Source of the DNA: Gemmatimonadota bacterium
GTDB lineage: Bacteria; Gemmatimonadota; Gemmatimonadetes; Gemmatimonadales; GWC2-71-9
Assembly: GCA_029262195.1 (NCBI GenBank)
Contig: JAJCZX010000024.1
Span: forward strand, 1,323-65,322
Direction of reading: 5' to 3'
Length of the DNA: 64,000 nucleotides
Position numbers and translations under genes: made by a program. Below are positions 25,668 through 32,702 of the stretch, one piece after another; the first letter of the stretch is position 1, and every line of letters starts with the position of its first letter. Under the pieces are notes generated by a model, which worked only from the letters and a program-made list of their open reading frames with translations, made no database searches and had not been told where the DNA came from.

Positions 25668-27047
25668 ATGAAAAAAAAACGTAAACACAAAGGGTCGCGA
25701 CGCCTTGTCGGGGGAGTGGTGTCCTACGAAAGGTACACAGCGACCCTGGGACAGGTTCGGCTACACTACACACTGAATGATCGATACAAGTTCACCTGCG
25801 TTTATCGGATCCCTGGTTTTGATCCTGAGACGACCCCGGGCTGGGAGACTTTCGCATTCCATCTTGGATTGGCGCACTTTCCTGCCGTGTTCGCTGGATT
25901 TGCGCCTGCCTCCGTCGTGGTTAGAGCCGGTTTCCTCACCGCACCCCAATTGCGACAATGGACTACCTGGTATGAAGAAGGGTTAGCTGAGTTTTGTTTT
26001 AGAAACCACCTCCCATTCGAGGTGGTTTTAACCAGCGAAGGCAATTGCACCCACATCCCTTCGACGCAATCGTTGTCCGAAAGAGCTTTGGTTTTTCATG
26101 GGGGCGGAAAGGACTCCAGTGTCTCTGGGGCGTTCTTACGCGACCTGGGTTTTCCTCATACGTGGGTCCTCCTCGGTGGTTCACGGACCCAACGTTTTGC
26201 GACACGATCCGAGTTGCGTGGCGCACCAGCCGATCGCTGGATTGTGCGCCGCAACAAGAGCGCTCGGGTACGACGCCTGCGAGTGTTTCGGGGTCATCTA
26301 CCGTTGAACATGGAGCTTGCATTTCTCGGTGCGTTCCTCGCTGAGGTGCAGGGTTCCCGCTATGTCGTTGCATCCAACGAACGGAGTGCCAACGCCCCTA
26401 ACCTGGTGGTGGATGGACGCTCCATTAATCATCAATACAGCAAGAGTTTCGCCTTCGAGATGTCGTTCGATGCTTACAGTCGGGATTGGCTGAATCCGGA
26501 TACGCGGTATTTTAGTCTGCTGCGACCCCTGTTTGAGGTACAGATCTCCCGCCTGTTTGCCAGCATGTCCGAACTACACTACGGTTTCACGAGTTGCAAC
26601 AGAGGGGTGCGTCGAGGGCGCTGGTGTTGCCGTTGTGCCAAGTGCGCTTTTGTTTTTCTGGCTCTTTACCCGTGGATGGAAACAAAGCGTTTGACCTCCA
26701 TCTTTGGCCGGAACCTACTTGATCGGCCTCGATTGGTGGGCCTATACAGACGACTCACCGGAGTTCAGGGTTCCAAGCCATTTGAATGTGTCGGCACCGT
26801 TGAGGAAACCGCCGCCGCCATGTTGCTTGCGGCGCGCAACTCGGCTCCGCCTTTTGTTGTCCGCCATTTTATTTCCAATGAGCGGCAGATGCTCTCTTGC
26901 TCGATGCCCGAGGTGCAACAGCTGTACGATTCCTTTGACGACCAACACCTGCTGCCAGCCAAGTGGGAGGAGGGATTGCGAAAGTGGGTATCAAAACGTC
27001 TCTCTGGGGAAAGCGCTTCTCCTAAGCCTTACTTGTTCAGCGGATAG
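25668..27047 (+). CDS. PP-loop (adenine nucleotide alpha-hydrolase superfamily) ATP-pyrophosphatase-like protein with a C-terminal Cys cluster (459 aa); last gene of the operon
   Basis: LVFHGGGKDSSVSG matches the SGGxDS PP-loop motif. A later cluster reads SCNRGVRRGRWCCRCAKCAFVFLALYPW (CxxCxxC). The ORF starts 39 nt after the previous stop. The N-terminus MKKKRKHKG is encoded by an A9 run, so the exact start is uncertain. Confidence 0.65.
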   Translation: MKKKRKHKGSRRLVGGVVSYERYTATLGQVRLHYTLNDRYKFTCVYRIPGFDPETTPGWETFAFHLGLAHFPAVFAGFAPASVVVRAGFLTAPQLRQWTTWYEEGLAEFCFRNHLPFEVVLTSEGNCTHIPSTQSLSERALVFHGGGKDSSVSGAFLRDLGFPHTWVLLGGSRTQRFATRSELRGAPADRWIVRRNKSARVRRLRVFRGHLPLNMELAFLGAFLAEVQGSRYVVASNERSANAPNLVVDGRSINHQYSKSFAFEMSFDAYSRDWLNPDTRYFSLLRPLFEVQISRLFASMSELHYGFTSCNRGVRRGRWCCRCAKCAFVFLALYPWMETKRLTSIFGRNLLDRPRLVGLYRRLTGVQGSKPFECVGTVEETAAAMLLAARNSAPPFVVRHFISNERQMLSCSMPEVQQLYDSFDDQHLLPAKWEEGLRKWVSKRLSGESASPKPYLFSG

Positions 27048-27449
27048 CGACCGGAAACCCACGGCGGCGGCTAACTTCCCCCAAATTTCACCTTGCGATT
27101 TGATAAATTCTGGACCTGAAGAAGGGTTGGGGGTGCCCTACTCATGCAATGCTGTTGCGTATTTCTTCGAAAACCTAAACCGGACCGATGCTCGACGCCA
27201 CGACTCCCACGGTCGGAGGAGTGCCGATGAAAGCTAGCAGAATACAGGCGGTCTGCACTATATTGACAACCCATGTAATACACGACATGGTAGCCGGGAG
27301 TTAAATGGGCGGTCCACGGAAGATTGTACGGTACGCTTGGGTGATCGCTCCCCGAAGGGGCGACTCCGCGCTGGTTCCACTTCCGCCTAAGGCATGAGCT
27401 TTTCGGCGTGAAAGGCCTGGCAGATTGAGGCTATGGTCGGATGAGCCCT

Positions 27450-28391
27450 CTAACGTGCAGGTCGCCGCATCAAGAAAGAAAATCCGGTGAATTGGTACTC
27501 CACCAATTCGTCGTCTTGCTCAACGAAACTCGCCGCCCCCGCGCGCACCTCCTTGAATGCATCCCGCACACTCGGTAACAACTCAGGATTTGCCATAGGT
27601 GTGTTGTGGCCCGGAAAGACATTCGTTAGCGATGGTGCCAGTGCTGCAAGGCGTGTGATACTCTCCTCGTACGCGTCCAGATCCGTGCCGGGGAAATAGA
27701 GCCAGATGGGTCCGGCGTAGAACGTATCTCCCGTCCATAAAAAACCGCGGTCGCGGTCTAATAGCGACACCGCATCCGGCGTGTGACCCGGGACTCTAAG
27801 GACCTCAATACGCCTGCCCCCAAGGTCGATGATCGATCCGTCGCGGATGGTGCCGGTGCTGTTAAAGGGCCGGACGTGAAATTTTGCGGTATCAATGGGT
27901 GTGATGAGGCGTTCACCGCAAAACGCGTCGGGTGCTACTTCCTGGGCGACGTCCGCATGGGGAATGCCCCTGGCGCTTTGCCGAGAGTACTCGGTGTCGG
28001 TCGAGAGTATGTCGTTGAATTCAGCATTCCCACCAATGTGATCGAAATGTGTATGGGAATTGATAACCGTAACCGGGAGGTCCGTCAGTTCGACTACTAC
28101 CGAGGATATCTGACTCATACCCATACCTGTATCGAACAACAATGCCCGGCGCGTGCCGAGTATCAACCAGGAAATGATCTCTTGAAAATTGTTCGGCTCG
28201 TAGATCGCGTAGATGTCTGATTCCATCCGATGAACATGGAACCATGGGTCAGATGTTGAAATGCGTTCGTGATCTTCCCACCCCGGTCGTGCGGCTCGAG
28301 AGCACCACGATTGCCCCTGCGCGGTTACAGGCAACAAAGCGCCGATGAAAGCTATCAGAAATAAAGAGCGAAAAACTTGCACAGTCGCCAT
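27450..28391 (-). CDS. Secreted metallo-beta-lactamase-fold hydrolase (313 aa)
   Basis: It has a signal peptide MATVQVFRSLFLIAFIGALLPVTAQG and the HxHxDH zinc motif VINSHTHFDHIGGN. A later VPGHTPD motif is also present. Confidence 0.85.
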   Translation of the reverse strand: MATVQVFRSLFLIAFIGALLPVTAQGQSWCSRAARPGWEDHERISTSDPWFHVHRMESDIYAIYEPNNFQEIISWLILGTRRALLFDTGMGMSQISSVVVELTDLPVTVINSHTHFDHIGGNAEFNDILSTDTEYSRQSARGIPHADVAQEVAPDAFCGERLITPIDTAKFHVRPFNSTGTIRDGSIIDLGGRRIEVLRVPGHTPDAVSLLDRDRGFLWTGDTFYAGPIWLYFPGTDLDAYEESITRLAALAPSLTNVFPGHNTPMANPELLPSVRDAFKEVRAGAASFVEQDDELVEYQFTGFSFLMRRPAR

Positions 28392-28493
28392 CCTTGATGT
28401 TCGTATTGTCCGTCCGTGAAATGGAAAACGTGGAATCGCAGATCATACCATCCTCCATGAACCTGGTCTACCTACCACAAAAGTGGGCTGATG

Positions 28494-30656
28494 TCACTGA
28501 TCTGACGGTCGGTAGGTCCTTTCGGCATTGCGTTCTACATCTTCCCGGTAAAACCATGCCGTCTTAAATCGCCCCTGTGAATATAGTTCCACCTGGTCAT
28601 CAAAATGTGGTGAATCAGGGTCGGTGCTTTCTCCGAAAAACAGGATAGATCGGGCCCGAATTCGTTCGCCAAACTCGACAACGCTGACAAATGAGTTTCC
28701 GGCCCGGCCGTAGAAACGATAAGTATTGGCCCGGGGCGCCGAGTAGTAAGTGTAGACAGCTCCCAACCAGCCGGGGACACCCGGGATGCCGGTGCTCGGC
28801 GCGTCGTCCGAGAATCCTTCGTCACCCCTCCAGTTGGGGCGCTGATGTCGATTTAATTCTCCCCAGCCAACCTCGACGGTTCCCCAATTGTCCAGGAGAT
28901 AGGTCGTGGCGGAGTCCAGTCCGTCCAGCAGAGTGCTCCTGGAGGGGTCAAAGGGAGCCATAGCAAAACTCAGGGCGAGCAGCGACATCGCAGATGATTC
29001 CACTGTGCTGATCCTATTCCAGTTTTGGAGTAATTCGACTGGCACCCTTAGGCGAGCAGCCCGCGTTGGGTCCACGGCACTAAGGTTTTCCCACTGAACA
29101 ACCATTTCACCTATTAAGGAATCGGCGCGAACGACATAGGTGTCTGTTGCGGCCCGAGTCCAGGATTCGAAATCAAATTTATCTTCATTCGCAAGAAGTC
29201 GCCTGGAGGCACGGGCACGAGGATTATCGACCTCATTGCCCACCATATAGCTCGGGAAATCCTCGCGTGAATAGCCGGTGCTATCAGTGACGGTCATTGG
29301 AGTCGAGTTGGTGTTCAGTAACCAGCCGCTCGACGGGTTCAAGACCTGCGGCAATTCGGTATAGGAGTGGAATCCATCCCACTCCGCACGGGGGTCTCCT
29401 CCATCAACGGGCAAAGCCCAGTCAAAATTTTCGTTGCGTCGTGCAATGACTCCGTTGTAGATGTAGTAAATGTTGCCCGCGTCATCCGCATACATGATGT
29501 TCATATACGGAATGGCGTGCTGGCTTACGGCGGACTGGAATTCGTCCAGGTTAGAGGCCTTGCCCATATTGTACCACTGATCGTACCATCCGCCTTCTTC
29601 AATCTTGGCTAATCTCACGGCAAGTGGGATTCCCTTTCGAGACGCCACTATCGGGCCGTGATGGGTAGCGGTTAGCGTCACATTTGTCTCAACCACCTGT
29701 CCATCGGTAAGCACCCCTATGATCTCCGTCCATTCTTCGGCCCGGCGGTAGCCTCCGTCGTATCGGTACGCCAGAGGGTCGTTGGGGTCGTCGAACGTGA
29801 TCTCGTACAGGTCACCGTGATCGTGATAATTGTCGGTATGACTCCAGCCAAGGTGCTCGTTATGTCCGATGTAGGGAAACGGGAAACCGTAGCGCCCGAC
29901 GCCGGAGAGGTTCCACCCCTCTTCGCTGACAAGATGTCCTTCATAGTAGAGGCCGGTACCGAAAAAACTCACATGCGGGTTTATGAAAAGCATCGCATTG
30001 CCCTCAACGGTTTTTGAAGGTGCGACAGCCCACATGTTCGATCCCGTTATGGGTTCGGGGAACGAATCGGCGCGGACTTGTCCTGTTGAACCCAGTTCAA
30101 CCCGCGGAGTTCGCGATACATCAAGTTGGCTGAGGTCCACACCCGCGTAGCCCAAAAATTCCCGGACGTAATAGTTGAACCGAAGGAATGCAATCGAATG
30201 CCACGGTTCGAATCGTTCGAGCAAGGCCAGGTGGGCCTGTTTGCTACGAACGTAGTAGTTGAGGCCCGAAGCGAAGGCCTCATAAATCTCTTTCATCCGC
30301 GGATCACTCCCTAAGTATTCCGCTTTGGCAAGCTGTGGAATTCTGAGTGCTCGCGTCGCCAGATCAAATTCGTATTGGGCTTCACCGTAAACCTCCGACG
30401 CACGTCCCAGGCTTCTGAGAATATTGTCTTCCACCTGTTCCAACGCGTCTTCGGCCTGCGCATATGCGTAGCCGAAAACCACGGCCGCGTCGGTGGCGCC
30501 ATAAACGTGTGGCACGCCAAAAACGTCGCGGATGATGGTGACCGATTCGGCCCACTCCCGGGCGCGGTCGTCAATGGGATCCTGTGCCTGGAGGACTGGC
30601 GGAAAAAAGAGTAGCGCGAAGGGGACGACGCGTCTACTTAATGAAAGTTGCCGCAT
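28494..30656 (-). CDS. Penicillin-amidase-family Ntn hydrolase (AHL acylase / penicillin acylase-like, 720 aa), secreted
   Basis: It has a signal peptide MRQLSLSRRVVPFALLFFPPVLQA. The internal autoprocessing site ITGSNMWAV carries the Ser nucleophile typical of PF01804 acylases. Size and layout fit the alpha/beta-subunit precursor. Confidence 0.85.
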   Translation of the reverse strand: MRQLSLSRRVVPFALLFFPPVLQAQDPIDDRAREWAESVTIIRDVFGVPHVYGATDAAVVFGYAYAQAEDALEQVEDNILRSLGRASEVYGEAQYEFDLATRALRIPQLAKAEYLGSDPRMKEIYEAFASGLNYYVRSKQAHLALLERFEPWHSIAFLRFNYYVREFLGYAGVDLSQLDVSRTPRVELGSTGQVRADSFPEPITGSNMWAVAPSKTVEGNAMLFINPHVSFFGTGLYYEGHLVSEEGWNLSGVGRYGFPFPYIGHNEHLGWSHTDNYHDHGDLYEITFDDPNDPLAYRYDGGYRRAEEWTEIIGVLTDGQVVETNVTLTATHHGPIVASRKGIPLAVRLAKIEEGGWYDQWYNMGKASNLDEFQSAVSQHAIPYMNIMYADDAGNIYYIYNGVIARRNENFDWALPVDGGDPRAEWDGFHSYTELPQVLNPSSGWLLNTNSTPMTVTDSTGYSREDFPSYMVGNEVDNPRARASRRLLANEDKFDFESWTRAATDTYVVRADSLIGEMVVQWENLSAVDPTRAARLRVPVELLQNWNRISTVESSAMSLLALSFAMAPFDPSRSTLLDGLDSATTYLLDNWGTVEVGWGELNRHQRPNWRGDEGFSDDAPSTGIPGVPGWLGAVYTYYSAPRANTYRFYGRAGNSFVSVVEFGERIRARSILFFGESTDPDSPHFDDQVELYSQGRFKTAWFYREDVERNAERTYRPSDQ

Positions 30657-30988
30657 CGATTTTCTCCCAATTCGTTTGTCAGCGCCTATTTCAATAATAG
30701 AACCGGTGATAGGCCTTAGAAAAATAATTGTGCTGATATCTAATAACGCACAAAACCGAAAAAAGTTCGGACCAATTCCATCGGGAGCGCCGACCGACTC
30801 TCAGGGGTATGCCTGGATTTTAGCGAACGATGGCGGTTAACTGTAAAAAACAGTAGCCAGTTCTATGAAGACGGTCGGCTCTAATCAAGCACCTCCAAAG
30901 TCGGCAATGTTGCGTCCTGGAACCTTTTAGGCCCCCCGTTTATTTACCGTCGACAGCCCATTTTGCCTAGCCTATCGGAGTGATCGCC

Positions 30989-32176
30989 ATGAAACGGTCG
31001 TCAAGGTTCTTTTCCCTCGTCTCATTGATCAGTGTAGCTGGCACGATGGCTTGTGCGGAGCAGGCCACGAATCCCACCGGCGTAACCCAAACAGAATCCC
31101 CGGTGGCAGGAGAGCCGCCCACAACCGCCGGCGATCCGGTGGTTGGTGGCACGATAGATCCGATTCCAAGCTTCAAGTCCACGTTGGTTTGTACCGACCC
31201 CTCGTTTAAAGCGGAGCTTGCATCGGAATTCGATCCACATCTCATCCCCGCACTTGAATACCCGTCGGCCGTTGATGCCGCTGAGGCGCCGCTTGAGTCG
31301 ACCGATCGAGTACTTGGCGTGGTGGTGGATGGGGTTGCTCGAGCCTATCCACTGATAATGATGTGGAACCACGAGATCGCCAACGATACGTTAGCCGGGC
31401 GTCCGCTCCTGGTCAGTTATTGCCCACTGACGGGCTCCGGGGTGGTGTTTGACCGGCGTTTCGACGGTAAGGAACGTATGTTCGGTGCATCAGGAATGCT
31501 GTTCGAGAACAACCTTGTTATGTATGACCACGAAAACAAATCGTTGTGGACGCAAATGATGCTGGGTTCCCAATGCGGTCCGGATCGTGGCAAAGGTCTC
31601 ACCCGCATTCCGGTAATGGAAACTACCTGGGGTGACTGGAAAACAATGTATCCCCAGACCCGAGTGGCCACGGCAGGGACTCCCAATCGTACCGCTTTCG
31701 GGCCTTATCCCTATGGTGATTACGCAGAGTTAAACAACGCCACCACGATCTACCCGTCGTCCTCTTTTTCGGGAGAGAGACCGCCAAAGGAATTGGTGCT
31801 GGGAGTGTTCAATGGATCTCAGTCACTGGCATACCCGCTTGGCGAACTTGAAGAGGCTGGAGATCGTGTGGCCATTAACGAACGGTTGGGAAGTAAATCG
31901 TTTGTCGTTGTGTATTCAGCAGAACACAACTCAGCTCGAGCCTTTAACCGCAACATTGGTGGCCAGTCGTTGACCTTTGAATCCGTGGGGTCCGGTCCCG
32001 GGCACATGACCGACACAAAGACGGGGTCGACCTGGGATCGAGCAGGGCGGGCGATTTCGGGGCCGCTGGCCGGAGAAAGCCTGAGCCAGATGGAAGACTC
32101 CTATACTGTGTTCTGGTTTGCCTGGAACGTTTACTATCCGACCTCAGAGGTGCTGGCAGTAGCGTCCCAGGATTAG
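30989..32176 (+). CDS. DUF3179-family protein (395 aa) with a lipoprotein-type signal
   Basis: PLLVSYCPLTGSGVVFDR matches the hallmark CPLCG/CPLTG region of DUF3179. The N-terminus is MKRSSRFFSLVSLISVAGTMAC. The start ATG at 30989 (GGAG 8 nt upstream) is preferred over GTG at 30980. Confidence 0.75.
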   Translation: MKRSSRFFSLVSLISVAGTMACAEQATNPTGVTQTESPVAGEPPTTAGDPVVGGTIDPIPSFKSTLVCTDPSFKAELASEFDPHLIPALEYPSAVDAAEAPLESTDRVLGVVVDGVARAYPLIMMWNHEIANDTLAGRPLLVSYCPLTGSGVVFDRRFDGKERMFGASGMLFENNLVMYDHENKSLWTQMMLGSQCGPDRGKGLTRIPVMETTWGDWKTMYPQTRVATAGTPNRTAFGPYPYGDYAELNNATTIYPSSSFSGERPPKELVLGVFNGSQSLAYPLGELEEAGDRVAINERLGSKSFVVVYSAEHNSARAFNRNIGGQSLTFESVGSGPGHMTDTKTGSTWDRAGRAISGPLAGESLSQMEDSYTVFWFAWNVYYPTSEVLAVASQD

Positions 32177-32199
32177 GGAGACTTCTCTAATCTTTAATT

Positions 32200-32232
32200 G
32201 GCGCTCGGGTGTTTAGCCTGGGCGCCTTTTTT
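32200..32232 (+). terminator. Rho-independent terminator after the DUF3179 gene
   Basis: The stem pairs GGCGCTCGGG (32200-32209) with CCTGGGCGCC (32217-32226): 10 bp including two G-T wobbles, with a 7-nt loop tgtttag. A TTTTTT tract follows at 32227-32232, and the element lies 24 nt after the stop. Confidence 0.7.
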
Positions 32233-32330
32233 CTTGGGCAAATCTTGGGACTGGTTTCCCTCGATGTGGTATGTCGGGCTCGCGTTCCCCAAAACCGTCC
32301 ATTTGTGTACTGGAACAATTAGCGTTATCG

Positions 32331-32351
32331 TTTGTAGACTTAGTCTACAAA
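32331..32351. promoter_or_regulatory. Perfect 21-bp palindrome; putative PadR operator
   Basis: The sequence TTTGTAGACT-T-AGTCTACAAA has 10-bp arms with no mismatch. It ends 19 nt upstream of the PadR start at 32370. Confidence 0.55.
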
Positions 32352-32369
32352 GCAGACAAAAGGTGCAAG

Positions 32370-32702
32370 ATGGGCAAAAATGCTGGCCTCGGCGAGTTCG
32401 AGCAACTGGTTCTCCTGGCTATCCTTCAATTAAAAGACGACGCAAATGCGCCTTCCATCGCGCAATGCCTGGAAGAGTCGGCGCAGCGCGAGGTGTCCCG
32501 GGGGGCGCTGTATTCTGCTCTTGACCGGCTCGAAAAAAAGGAATTCTTGACCTGGGCGGTGAAAGCCACTGCCGCTGGGGACCGAGGGCATCCGAAACGT
32601 AGATTCGAGGTAACCGAAGAAGGGAAGGGAGTCCTACGTAACTATCGGGCTGCGTTGCTAGAACTCTGGGATGGGCTCGAAGAAGTCTGGGTGGCACGAT
32701 GA
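32370..32702 (+). CDS. PadR-family transcriptional regulator (110 aa)
   Basis: MGKNAGLGEFEQLVLLAILQLKDDANAPSIAQCLEE...VSRGALYSALDRLEKKEFLTW is the typical PadR winged-helix N-terminus. ATG at 32370 is in frame with the longer track ORF 32271-32702. The stop overlaps the next start (ATGA). Confidence 0.85.
   Translation: MGKNAGLGEFEQLVLLAILQLKDDANAPSIAQCLEESAQREVSRGALYSALDRLEKKEFLTWAVKATAAGDRGHPKRRFEVTEEGKGVLRNYRAALLELWDGLEEVWVAR

Noticed and set aside
27048-27449. A 400-bp spacer between convergent genes. I examined it for a small RNA, riboswitch, terminator or small ORF (track ORFs 26704-27237 + and 27071-27283 -).
   Set aside because: The only hairpin is a 4-bp CCCC-GAA-GGGG element without a T-tract. 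I recognised no conserved ncRNA motif (SRP, tmRNA, RNase P, 6S). The ORFs are off-frame continuations or compositionally implausible. I cannot exclude an sRNA without covariance-model searches (Rfam/Infernal).
30205-30214. GGTTCGAATC, a T-arm-like tRNA signature.
   Set aside because: It lies inside the acylase coding sequence, and no acceptor or anticodon stems can be built around it. I found no tRNA elsewhere in the window by eye.
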